Virus record (IMG/VR): IMGVR_UViG_3300031974_001836
Source: an uncultured virus (IMG/VR IMGVR_UViG_3300031974_001836)
Taxonomy: Duplodnaviria; Heunggongvirae; Uroviricota; Caudoviricetes
Reading direction: 5' to 3' (one strand)
Length of the DNA: 64,000 bases
In this document: piece by piece, positions 53,706-63,398 of the stretch
Layout: each line of letters opens with the position of its first letter
Numbering within the stretch: position 1 is the first letter of the stretch
The notes under the pieces: model-generated
Told to the model about the DNA's origin: nothing
Databases searched by the model: none
What the model saw: the letters and a program-made list of their open reading frames with translations, nothing else
Position numbers and translations under genes: made by a program

Positions 53706-56700
53706 TTATGCGTCGACGTATGTTACAGAGACAGACACTACCGCACCTGCTGATTCAGCAGTGTATAGTAGTTCTACTGTTGCACCGTTGATGCGGACAT
53801 CTGTATCACCTAGAACCGAAGATCCAGTGAACACAACACCGTATTCTACGATGTATGCATCTGTCCCGTCATGAACAACTAGACACTCACGAGTCTCGAA
53901 CTCACCACCATTCTCTACTGTTACAACGTACTTAGCAGAACGGTAAGATGACTTGTTGAATGATGAAACGACTGTAGCAGAAGTTCCAGCAACAACATCG
54001 TTACCCTGCTCGAACACCTTGATGTTGTCTGCAAGAGTTTCAAGACCTACCGACTTAGGATCTAGTACACCAACTGAGTTAGTGGACTGAGCAATTACAA
54101 CTGCCTGTGTACCAACTGGGATAGCAGCGTTGAATGTGATCAACTGGTTTGCCGCATCAATCGAGTAGTGTACACCTGGATCCTGAATTACACCACCAAC
54201 GAAAACGATTGCGTTTGCGTCTTGAGTGTAGAAGTCTAGTGCGAATGTAGTCTGTGCACCGTCACCTGCCATAGTTTGACGTTTCGCATTGTTGAACGCC
54301 AACTGAGTAGGATCTTGTAGAGACATTCCGTCAAGAGTGTTGTTAACACGTAGTACGTAACCGTTCTTACCGTCGTATGCTGAATCAGATACATCTGCAA
54401 GTTCTAATAGAGACTTAGCAGTGTCGATTGAGAATACACCAGTAGAAGAGTTGTATGATACCTTGCCTTCACCAGCAGTGTCTACTAGAGATACTGAAGC
54501 ACGAGCAAGTGCATCACTGAAGAACTTCTTACTACCCTCTACTAGATCGTCTGTAGAGAACTGAGAGATGTGCTGTGCCGCAAGACCTGCGTCCAACTGA
54601 CCCTTGTTCACTGCATCTGTTGCTACAGTACCGTTTGCTACACCCTCAACCTTGTTGCCAGACATGTCCAAGTTGCCAGACATTGAATCACCTGACTTCT
54701 GTACACGACCGTCGATTTGAGTTTGTAGTGCAGTATCTGCCGCAGCGAATTCACCACGGATTGCTGTACCCTGTGCCGCACGATCAGTAATCTCTTGTGC
54801 TAGACCAGAAGCATTTGTAGCAATATCTGTCTGGTTAGTTTGGATTAGAGATAGTAGATCACCGTCTCCAGACTGTAGTGCCGCAACGATCTCTGTTAGA
54901 GAATCTAGTGCCGCAGAGTCTGTGTTAGATACGACGAAGTCGATCTGAGACTGTAGTGATGCTTCAACACCTTGTGCACGTGAAGATTCACTTGCAATTG
55001 CCTGAGCATTAGTAGTGATTAGATCACCTAGGTCTGACTCAGCACCAGTTGCACGAGCAACCTCACCGTTGATTAGAGTGCGGTTTGCACCTTCAGCAGC
55101 GGTAGCACGAGCAATTTCTGCGTCTAGTTGTGACTGTAGGTTGGTAACACCAGAGTTGCGTGTGTTGTCAACCGACTTGATTGCCGCATCTAGTTTCGCA
55201 GCCGCATCTGCTAGAGATGTAGATGCATCTAGGTAGTTTGTACCTGCTGGTGTGACGTATGTACCATCTGTTGCAAGACCTGAAGCAAGTTGAGTTGCAG
55301 ACATTTCTGTCTCAACAACAGTTAGACGTGTGTCTAGTCCGTTGTCCGCAACCTGACGATCATTGATCTCTTGATCGATACGACCATCTAGTGCGTCATC
55401 TGCGTTCTCACGTAGAGTTGCTTCACCAGCAACGATACCGTCTGCGTATACCTTAGCAGCTGCTTCCGCATTGTTTGCCTTGGTAGTCGCATCTGAAGCA
55501 GCGTTTGAAGCAACAACTGCGTCACGAGCAATGTAGTCTGCCTGATCTGTGATGCGATCTGCACCTAGATCAGCACGGATTGCTAGGTCACCGTCGATAC
55601 GTGCTTGGATTTCTGTTGATAGACGATCACTATCTGCATCAGCACGTGCTTCTGCGGCAGTCATACGACCTTCAACTGCGTCTAGTTCACCGTGAACTTC
55701 GTTAACCGCACCAGTAATTGTTTGTGCAGTAGTGTCGAAGTTGCCTGTGCCTAGTTTAGTTTCAAGTGCAAGGATATCACCTTCGTTGATAGTCAAACGA
55801 CCATCTTGTAGAGTGTTCTTGCTCTCGACCGCATCCATGCGAGATTCTAGTGAATCCCCACGACCTTCGATCGCATTCATTTCTGTCTCTAGGACACCGA
55901 TGCGTGAAGTGTTGTCGTCTGCTTGTGTGTGTAGTTCGTTTACAGCACCAGTAACGTTGTTTGCAACAGTTGCTAGAGTGACCACACCCATCTGCGACTG
56001 TAATGTATCAACGTGACCTTCTTCTGTAGTCATGCGAGATTCTAGTGAAGTTGCACGACCTTCGACTGCGTCCATCTCACTCTGTAGAGTGTCGATTTCA
56101 CCTTCGGCAGTTGTTACACGAGCAGTTAGAGCAGTTAGATCACCTGCTTCTGCACCTAGTTCTTCGTGTAGTTCGTTAACTGCGTCTGATAGGTTAGTAG
56201 CAGTTGTTAGAAGAGTTGCTGAACCCTGCTTAGTTTCTAGTGAAGTTGCACGACCTTCTAGTACAGTTGCACGACCTTCGACTGCAGATGCACGTCCCTG
56301 TAGGACAGATACGTCTGAATCGTGACCGTCTAAACGACCTTCTGCTACATCCATTTCTGATTGTAGTAGATCAACGTTAGCTGCTTCAACGTCTAGTTCA
56401 CCGTGGATCTCGTTGATCGCGTCAGAAACGTTTGTTGCAGTTGTGTGTAGTAGTGCAGAACCCTGCTTAGTTTCTAGGGCAGTTGCACGACCTTCAACAC
56501 CACTCAAACGAGTGTTCTGTACGATCTGATCAGAATCTAGACCGTTTAGACGGTTTGTGTGAGCAACGTCTTTCGCTTCTAGATCAGTAGCACGTAGTTC
56601 GACTGCGTCCATTTCTGATTCTAGAGTAGTTAGACGACCACCGTTTGCGTCGATAACACCTTGTAGGTCTGAGTCTGCGTTTTGGAATGCACTAACGATT

Positions 56701-59618
56701 TCTGTTAGTGAATCTAGTGCAGCTCCATCTTCGTTAGAAACGATGAAGTCAACACGACCTTCTAGAGTTGTTAGGTCTGTACGGATACCAGTTTCGACAC
56801 CAGTAGCACGAACAATCTCTGCATCCAACTGATTTTGTAGGTCTGTAACGTCACCTGATTGTAGATTTTGTAGAGCAAGGATATCTGAATCGTTTGCAGT
56901 AACTTGTGCCTGAACACTATCTACGTCAGTACGTAGACCAGCTTCGATACCTTCAGCACGTGTCTGTTCTGCATCGATGTTGCCTTGTAGGACACCTTCT
57001 GCGGCAGTTGCACGGTTAACTTCAGCAGTGATTTGTGCTTGGTTGTCTGCGTGATCAGTTGCTTGTAGTACTTGTAGAGCAAGGATATCAGAATCGTTTG
57101 CTGTAATTTGTGCTTGGTTAGAGTCGACATCGGTACGTAGACCTGATTCGATTCCAGTAGCACGAGTGATCTCTGCGGCAAGACCGTCTGCGTTAACCTG
57201 CTCTGCGGCAGATGCACGGACGATTTCTGCATCGATCTGATCTTGTAGGTCTTGTACGTCTGATCCGACTAGACCTTGTAGAGCAAGGATGTCTGAATCG
57301 TTCGAAGTAACCTGAGACTGTAGAGAGTCTGCTGTTGACTGTAGACCTGCCTCAACACCTGAAGCACGTACAACTTCTGCTAGGATTGCCGCATTTAGAT
57401 CGGAATCTGCTTCGTTGAAGTCTGCTTCTACTGTATCTAAACGGTTGCTTAGACCCTGTTCAGCTGCCTGTGCACGTGCAACTTCTGTGTTGATCGCACC
57501 TAGGTTAGAAGAGATGTTTGAGATGTTTGTGTTGATGTCTGTGCGAAGTACTGATTCAGCAGCTTCTGCACGTTGACGTTCTGTAACAACTGCTTGTGCG
57601 TTAGTTTGCTCTGCAGTTGATGCACGAGTAACCTCTGCTGTGATCTGTGCTTGTAGATCGTCAACATCGATTGTAGTGTTACTGCTAAGTGCGTTGACCT
57701 GTGCTTGTAGGTCTGAGTCACCAGATGCACGTGCAACTTCTTCTGCACGTAGATCGACTTCGTTTTGAGCAGCTAGTGCTTCAACGTCATCCATCTCACC
57801 TTCTAGTACTGTTGTACGTAGAGATAGTGCTTCCTCTGCAGCTTCTGCACGTGCCTTTTCGACATCGTGTAGAGTCTGTGCAAAGTTAGTTGCTTGTGTC
57901 TTAGCAGTTGCGATACGTGCTGTAATTGTGTTACCAGCAGTTCCGTCAACTGAAGCATCACCGATAAGAGCAGTGTCTTGTGCGTCTGCGTGTGCAATCG
58001 CAACTGCTTGGTGTGCGTCTGCTTCTTGGTCAGTGTATGCTTTTGCTTGTGCAAGTACGTCGTCTGTAGAGACGTTTAGATCAAGTTCTAGTGCGTCGAT
58101 CTGAGACTGTAGACCTGCGTCTGCAGTTGAACGAGTTGATGCCTCTGCGTCGATGTTGCCCTGTAGGACAGAATCAGCAGATGCACGAGTTGATGCTTCG
58201 TTCGAGATTGCAGTAGTGTTAGAAGAAATCAATGCAGACATGTCTGAATCAGCAGACTGGAATGCATCAACGATTTCTGTTAGTGAGTCTAGTGCTGCAG
58301 GATCAGTGTTGTTAGTGATGAAGTCAACTTGTGATTGTAGACCTGCTTCAACACCTTCAGCACGTGCTTTTTCTGTAGCAACTTCTGCTGAGTTAGCAAC
58401 GTCACCAGCAAGACGATCAGCAATTTCTTGATCGATACGAGCACCTAGATCTGAGTCACCTGCGATACGAGCAGCGTTCTCGATAGCAACATTGCTGTTT
58501 GCTTCGACGATTGCTTCTGCTTTTGCAGTTGCGATACGATCTGTGATAGTGTTGCTTGTAGTACCATCAACAGTTGCATCACCGATCATTAGAGCATCTT
58601 GTGCTTCAGCATGTGCCTTAGCATCTGCTTCTGCTTGAACGATGTCTGCACCTAGATCAGTACGAACCTGTGTATCAGCAACAGCACGAGCAACGATCTC
58701 ATCTGAGATGTTTGATGCGTTCGCAGCTTCTGCCGCAGTTGCACGAGAAACTTCGTCTGCAAGATCTTGTGCGATCGCAGATTCTGCGTTAGATGCACGA
58801 GTAACTTCTGCGTCGATTTGAGACTGTAGAGAACCAGACTTAGTCTCTTCTGTAGTCAAACGAGCAGATAGAGCATTGTCTGCCGCAATACGGGCAGTCT
58901 CTTCTGCACCGATTAGACCAGCAAGTGAAGACTCTGCAGATTGTGCACGTGAGATCTCTGTAGTAACACGATCATCAATTGCTTGTTCTGATTGAGTCGC
59001 ACGAGTGACTTCGTTTGTGATAGCAGTGCTGTTTGCGATGATTGATGCAGATAGGACATCGTCCGCTGATTCAAATGCCGCAATGATTTCTGCAAACGAG
59101 TCTAGTGCTTCTGGACTTGTGTTGTTTAGGATGTTATCGATACGAGTCGATAGTGTAGAATCAGCTGCTTGGTAAGCAGTTTCGATTGCGTTCTCACGAG
59201 CAATTGCACGGGTTTCTTCTGCCGTGATGTTTGCTTGTAGAGTAACGTCTGCCGATGAACGAGTAGATGCTTCTGCGTCGATGTTTGATTGTAGTAGAGT
59301 CTCTGCCGCAACTGCACGGTTTGTTTCTACTAGAACATCTGCGTCAATCTGCGCAGCGACATCTGTATTAGCACGATCAGCGGTATAGTATAGGTTAGAA
59401 CCTTCCGCTAGGTCAGACGTGCTGAACGAAGCGAAGAACTGGTCTGCACCAATCTTCTTTAGTGAGTCAGAACCCACATCGTAAAGAAGAGTAAAGCAGT
59501 CCGCAGGATTTACCATACCTTGAAGGGTTGATTGTCCCTGTACCGCACTTTCGTCAAGTTTGGTATTGATTACCGCCTTGTCCGCTAGTGCAGGGGATTT
59601 AATCTGCCTAAATGCCAT
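53706..59618 (-). CDS. very long coiled-coil fibre protein (1970 aa)
   Basis: Ala/Asp/Gln-rich heptads, AALDSLTEIV repeats, EGSNLYYT and DAVNKGQLD fibre motifs, C-terminal beta domains. Confidence 0.8.
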   Translation of the reverse strand: MAFRQIKSPALADKAVINTKLDESAVQGQSTLQGMVNPADCFTLLYDVGSDSLKKIGADQFFASFSTSDLAEGSNLYYTADRANTDVAAQIDADVLVETNRAVAAETLLQSNIDAEASTRSSADVTLQANITAEETRAIARENAIETAYQAADSTLSTRIDNILNNTSPEALDSFAEIIAAFESADDVLSASIIANSTAITNEVTRATQSEQAIDDRVTTEISRAQSAESSLAGLIGAEETARIAADNALSARLTTEETKSGSLQSQIDAEVTRASNAESAIAQDLADEVSRATAAEAANASNISDEIVARAVADTQVRTDLGADIVQAEADAKAHAEAQDALMIGDATVDGTTSNTITDRIATAKAEAIVEANSNVAIENAARIAGDSDLGARIDQEIADRLAGDVANSAEVATEKARAEGVEAGLQSQVDFITNNTDPAALDSLTEIVDAFQSADSDMSALISSNTTAISNEASTRASADSVLQGNIDAEASTRSTADAGLQSQIDALELDLNVSTDDVLAQAKAYTDQEADAHQAVAIAHADAQDTALIGDASVDGTAGNTITARIATAKTQATNFAQTLHDVEKARAEAAEEALSLRTTVLEGEMDDVEALAAQNEVDLRAEEVARASGDSDLQAQVNALSSNTTIDVDDLQAQITAEVTRASTAEQTNAQAVVTERQRAEAAESVLRTDINTNISNISSNLGAINTEVARAQAAEQGLSNRLDTVEADFNEADSDLNAAILAEVVRASGVEAGLQSTADSLQSQVTSNDSDILALQGLVGSDVQDLQDQIDAEIVRASAAEQVNADGLAAEITRATGIESGLRTDVDSNQAQITANDSDILALQVLQATDHADNQAQITAEVNRATAAEGVLQGNIDAEQTRAEGIEAGLRTDVDSVQAQVTANDSDILALQNLQSGDVTDLQNQLDAEIVRATGVETGIRTDLTTLEGRVDFIVSNEDGAALDSLTEIVSAFQNADSDLQGVIDANGGRLTTLESEMDAVELRATDLEAKDVAHTNRLNGLDSDQIVQNTRLSGVEGRATALETKQGSALLHTTATNVSDAINEIHGELDVEAANVDLLQSEMDVAEGRLDGHDSDVSVLQGRASAVEGRATVLEGRATSLETKQGSATLLTTATNLSDAVNELHEELGAEAGDLTALTARVTTAEGEIDTLQSEMDAVEGRATSLESRMTTEEGHVDTLQSQMGVVTLATVANNVTGAVNELHTQADDNTSRIGVLETEMNAIEGRGDSLESRMDAVESKNTLQDGRLTINEGDILALETKLGTGNFDTTAQTITGAVNEVHGELDAVEGRMTAAEARADADSDRLSTEIQARIDGDLAIRADLGADRITDQADYIARDAVVASNAASDATTKANNAEAAAKVYADGIVAGEATLRENADDALDGRIDQEINDRQVADNGLDTRLTVVETEMSATQLASGLATDGTYVTPAGTNYLDASTSLADAAAKLDAAIKSVDNTRNSGVTNLQSQLDAEIARATAAEGANRTLINGEVARATGAESDLGDLITTNAQAIASESSRAQGVEASLQSQIDFVVSNTDSAALDSLTEIVAALQSGDGDLLSLIQTNQTDIATNASGLAQEITDRAAQGTAIRGEFAAADTALQTQIDGRVQKSGDSMSGNLDMSGNKVEGVANGTVATDAVNKGQLDAGLAAQHISQFSTDDLVEGSKKFFSDALARASVSLVDTAGEGKVSYNSSTGVFSIDTAKSLLELADVSDSAYDGKNGYVLRVNNTLDGMSLQDPTQLAFNNAKRQTMAGDGAQTTFALDFYTQDANAIVFVGGVIQDPGVHYSIDAANQLITFNAAIPVGTQAVVIAQSTNSVGVLDPKSVGLETLADNIKVFEQGNDVVAGTSATVVSSFNKSSYRSAKYVVTVENGGEFETRECLVVHDGTDAYIVEYGVVFTGSSVLGDTDVRINGATVELLYTAESAGAVVSVSVTYVDA

Positions 59619-59671
59619 TAGGTTATCTCCTAGTTGGTTAGTGTTTTTTGGATTAAACGTTTAATAATATA

Positions 59672-60031
59672 CTAACGAAATTTAATGTAGATGTCCGTAC
59701 CTTGCGGTGGGATCTCAAAAAATTGTATAGTATCTCCAGCGGTTTCATATACTTCTTCAGGATGTTGAAGTACATCATTGACCCATACATCAATTAAGTC
59801 ATCACGTGCTGGAGTACCATTCAATGTGAAGATTGCTGTGTCTCCGGGAGCAATGAATGCCTGTGCTTCTGGAATCACAGTTCTGTCATTTGTTGATGAT
59901 GAAGTACCTTCGATAAGTTCGAATAGTTGAGATTCTTGACCAGGGGTTGCTGAAACTTCGTCTTGCTTTTGTTTTGCTAGATTGAAAAGACTTTCGGCAA
60001 GTACCCTGTTAAAGGACTTATTATTGATCAT
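59672..60031 (-). CDS. small virion structural protein
   Basis: FTL...VWVNDVLQHP..Y...IQF domain, also seen in the 1970-aa and 292-aa proteins. Confidence 0.7.
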   Translation of the reverse strand: MINNKSFNRVLAESLFNLAKQKQDEVSATPGQESQLFELIEGTSSSTNDRTVIPEAQAFIAPGDTAIFTLNGTPARDDLIDVWVNDVLQHPEEVYETAGDTIQFFEIPPQGTDIYIKFR

Positions 60032-60067
60032 ATCGTGGAATACTAAGGATGGTTAATATACTGTTTT

Positions 60068-60075
60068 TATTTATA
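60068..60075 (-). promoter_or_regulatory. T4-type late promoter
   Basis: TATAAATA. Confidence 0.8.
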
Positions 60076-60104
60076 CTAAAAACGAGTTTAACCGATTGAT
60101 TTTT

Positions 60105-60983
60105 TTACTGTCGGAACTGTAGTAGTTCCTGAAGTAACTCCGTAACATCCTGTAGATCACTGTCTAGTGCATCAATACGAGCATTGAGTGCATCGACATC
60201 GACTTGGTTTGCAACGGGTAGACCATTTAATAAGTAGTTACCAATAAGTTGTACACCCATATCGTCCATGATAAATCTGTCATCATTTTGATACTGTATC
60301 TTGAACTGACTGTCATTGAAACCCAAATGCTTCATGACGGTGTCAGTACCATTATGATAGAATCGAGTTTCCTCGTTGGTGCCTACAATAAAGGCAAAGT
60401 GGTCATCTAAGATTAGGTCGTTTCCAAAAGAAACACCTGTTGAGTTGTATGCGGCAACCTGAACAACCTGTTCATCGCCTACCACATGAGTTAGGGTTAT
60501 TGAAACCCCGTCGTCTGCAACGTAGTCTATTCCTTGATGGAGTAAGACACCGTTCAGATATACTTGAATTCGAGATGGGCTGTTAGGGTCTGGATCGTAC
60601 TGTAGTACGTTACCCTTATCGTCTGCACCTGATACAACTTCTAAAGTCCCATCGGATGTATAGATGTATGCATTAAACGTAGTGGTCGCAGATAGGTTTC
60701 CATCACCTACTGCTCCAATCTCTACGATGGATTGTACACCACCGTCATATTCACGTTTAATATAGAGTTTACCGTCCTGAGTATTTATGCCAATCTCACC
60801 CAGTTTTAACTCATCAATACTGGGAATATCACCAAGACCATCAAAAGTCTTAATATTACCACCGATATCTTGAGCAACGGTATTAATAGGACGACCTACG
60901 GTAATCCTTTTTACCTGAGTACCAGAACCAAATCCATTGACTCCAGTTACTCCAATTATTCCCCCGACCTTTCTTATTGGCAT
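60105..60983 (-). CDS. fibre-associated structural protein
   Basis: LKLGEIGINTQDGKLYIK fibre N-terminal motif, VYLNGVLL..GIDY and a C-terminal coil. Confidence 0.7.
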   Translation of the reverse strand: MPIRKVGGIIGVTGVNGFGSGTQVKRITVGRPINTVAQDIGGNIKTFDGLGDIPSIDELKLGEIGINTQDGKLYIKREYDGGVQSIVEIGAVGDGNLSATTTFNAYIYTSDGTLEVVSGADDKGNVLQYDPDPNSPSRIQVYLNGVLLHQGIDYVADDGVSITLTHVVGDEQVVQVAAYNSTGVSFGNDLILDDHFAFIVGTNEETRFYHNGTDTVMKHLGFNDSQFKIQYQNDDRFIMDDMGVQLIGNYLLNGLPVANQVDVDALNARIDALDSDLQDVTELLQELLQFRQ

Positions 60984-60987
60984 GTCG

Positions 60988-61347
60988 TTACCTCGTGACC
61001 GAAGGGTTGACTTTTATCTTACCTTCTAGTATTCTTTCTATAATGGTATGACCTTCTTCATCAACGAAACTGATCTCAACATCATAGACGTATCTACCAC
61101 GAGTGGATAGAGCATCGGTCTGTAGGTTAGTTAGGGATAATGTGACGACACCTTCCAGTGCTGGAGTAGGTATTACAGCAGTAAAGTCGATCGACTCTGT
61201 ACTCCTGTATGTCTTTTTCATTTTGGCAGCTGCTGTATAACCAGTTAGATCTTTTTTAGATCCATCGGGATTCACTAACTCTAATTGTAGAGCTAGGTCC
61301 GCACCCTGATCAATTGTGAAATCTTCGTAAGTTGCCATAGTCATCAA
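60988..61347 (-). CDS. small virion/baseplate-associated beta-sandwich protein
   Basis: IDQGAD...DLTGYT...GRYVYDV...RILEG.I.V.PSVT. Confidence 0.7.
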   Translation of the reverse strand: MMTMATYEDFTIDQGADLALQLELVNPDGSKKDLTGYTAAAKMKKTYRSTESIDFTAVIPTPALEGVVTLSLTNLQTDALSTRGRYVYDVEISFVDEEGHTIIERILEGKIKVNPSVTR

Positions 61348-61375
61348 GACCCTAAGTGTATAAACGTTCTGTGAC

Positions 61376-61383
61376 TATTTATA
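61376..61383 (-). promoter_or_regulatory. T4-type late promoter
   Basis: TATAAATA. Confidence 0.8.
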
Positions 61384-61409
61384 CAACTTAGGGTACGTGA
61401 TATTTTGCT

Positions 61410-62117
61410 TTATTCTGAAGAGATGTCTTCTAAGACCATCTCACGGAAGTCTGCAGATGCTTCCGACCAGTCGAACACATAAGAAACTGTAACTCTCCAC
61501 TCATCTTCTGAAGATGCAGCGTGATACAGTACATTCTCTGGTTCGTTGTATGGTCCAAAGTATGCAGCCTTACAAGTCCATTGCCCTGGTTTGTCCTGAC
61601 AACGAATCACCTCTTTAGTTTCTGGGTGAATATAGTCGAACCAACCTGTGCCGTTCTCTGTGTAAGAGAAGACTAGGTTGTAGCCTGGTGCATTGGCATT
61701 GTTGTGCCATGAGATAAATCCACCCGGTGGGTAGATTGCCGCAAGTGCGTTGTGCTTAACTGACAAGAAGTTCATCATCTTGGCATTAAGATCACGCAAC
61801 ATGTGCGTGAAGTCACGTTTGAATACTGGATCGGCATCTTTCTCAAAGATCATGTGAGACTTTTCTGATAGTTTAAAGTTGTAACCTACCATCTCATCTG
61901 GGAAACCTTCGTGCTTAGTGCCCTGATTGACAATCTCCTGCATGTACTTCTCACCAACGTAGTATGGACGTTGACGTTTGTGTTGCGCAGAATTTAGGTG
62001 CACGTTCTCTTTGAATCCCGCAATGGTATGCAACTTTGCGTACTGGTTTAGAATCTCAAGCAGCTCTGGATTTTTGACATCCACGTGCTTCAGATATTTG
62101 TCGTTTACCTGTGTCAT
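61410..62117 (-). CDS. 2OG-Fe(II) oxygenase-like protein, HxN family, paralog 3
   Basis: YPPGGFISWHNN...FSYTENGTG...YFG...YHAA...RVTVSY. Confidence 0.65.
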   Translation of the reverse strand: MTQVNDKYLKHVDVKNPELLEILNQYAKLHTIAGFKENVHLNSAQHKRQRPYYVGEKYMQEIVNQGTKHEGFPDEMVGYNFKLSEKSHMIFEKDADPVFKRDFTHMLRDLNAKMMNFLSVKHNALAAIYPPGGFISWHNNANAPGYNLVFSYTENGTGWFDYIHPETKEVIRCQDKPGQWTCKAAYFGPYNEPENVLYHAASSEDEWRVTVSYVFDWSEASADFREMVLEDISSE

Positions 62118-62851
62118 ACGATTGGTTTATCCTTGTTAAGACCAGCAGAGAAGTGTCGTAAGATCACTGGCCCTGTGTCTGGTTTTGTTATTGCCCAATT
62201 AAGTGCGTTATAGTAGTTCCACCTTAGATCGTCATCAAAGATTCCAACCTTAAGGTCTTTGTACTTTTCCTCTTTCTCTACTAACCACCAGAGTGAGAAC
62301 TGGTCCCAAGACTTGAGACTATCAGCATATCCCTCTGGCCACCATGTATCATTCATCTGTCTGTATGTCAAATCCCACCAGTCTTGCATGAACTCACGCA
62401 CGATTGGTTTGGTCATATCATATAGACAGACACCACCACATAGTGTGAACTTAGAAACACCCTCTGGGGTGTCGAAGTCACGTTCTGCGTAGATGTAATC
62501 ACGATCATCTGTTAACGCAGAAAAAACCATGTCATGGTCTTTCATTTCATCCCAAACTTTAACGATGTCTTCGTGTTCGCATTCCATGTCTGCGTCGATG
62601 TACATCGTTAGATCATATGGAGATTTTGCCATGCCCCATAATTTGGCACGGTAGTGGTCGTCACAAAAGATAATATCATCTGCTACATCTCTGCCACGGT
62701 CATCTAAGAACTGCTCTTCGGTGACTAGGCAAATCTTACATTCATCTTCCGGTTCGTAAAAGTCTCGGATCGACTCTGCTAGATTGATTGCATACAGATA
62801 AAAATTGCGTTTCTTCGACGCAACGATAACAAAACCTTTACTCTTTTCCAT
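62114..62851 (-). CDS. GT-A fold glycosyltransferase
   Basis: GFVIVAS, RAKL...SPYDLTMYIDAD (DxD), CGGV, WDQFSLW and RWN. Confidence 0.75.
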   Translation of the reverse strand: MEKSKGFVIVASKKRNFYLYAINLAESIRDFYEPEDECKICLVTEEQFLDDRGRDVADDIIFCDDHYRAKLWGMAKSPYDLTMYIDADMECEHEDIVKVWDEMKDHDMVFSALTDDRDYIYAERDFDTPEGVSKFTLCGGVCLYDMTKPIVREFMQDWWDLTYRQMNDTWWPEGYADSLKSWDQFSLWWLVEKEEKYKDLKVGIFDDDLRWNYYNALNWAITKPDTGPVILRHFSAGLNKDKPIV

Positions 62852-63297
62852 TACTCGGCCTCTAGTTGTTCTTGCAGAATCATGATCGAGTACATATCGA
62901 CTTCGATCTTAGATTTGGCACGACGTAGTTTTGCCTTTAGTTTGCGGTTCTTAGAGTTCTTGATTTCATCCACCTCAAATGCTTCCAACTTGTAGTTAAA
63001 TAACTTCTCAAGTTTTCGTGCTTTGTTGTGTTCTTCCTCACGAATTTTATCTTCTTCTGCTTCTGCCTTTTTGCGTTCGACTCGATCAGTAGTTTCTTGA
63101 TCGATTCGTTCTTCACCTAAAGCCTCGACAACCTCATTAAACAGTTCGTTTTCATTGCCATCTTTATCATGCCGACGCAGAAACATTTGTTGATGCGTTA
63201 CACGACCAACATCATCTTCAAGTTCTAGGATACAGTTCAGTTCTTTCTTTTCGTCTGTTTCCCAGAACGCATTATCCATCCATTGTTTACGACTCAT
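62851..63297 (-). CDS. hypothetical charged protein
   Basis: Start MSRKQW with GGAG SD; TAATG-coupled to the glycosyltransferase. Confidence 0.7.
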   Translation of the reverse strand: MSRKQWMDNAFWETDEKKELNCILELEDDVGRVTHQQMFLRRHDKDGNENELFNEVVEALGEERIDQETTDRVERKKAEAEEDKIREEEHNKARKLEKLFNYKLEAFEVDEIKNSKNRKLKAKLRRAKSKIEVDMYSIMILQEQLEAE

Positions 63298-63340
63298 TAA
63301 TATCTCCAAAGAGTTCAGTTCAATTCAACTGTATATATGC

Positions 63341-63371
63341 AAAAAATAGTGGGGCAGAAATCCACCCCACT
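63341..63371 (-). terminator. intrinsic terminator
   Basis: AGTGGGG/CCCCACT stem followed by ATTTTTT. Confidence 0.65.
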
Positions 63372-63398
63372 TTGCATATTATACCATAAGGATTGCTA

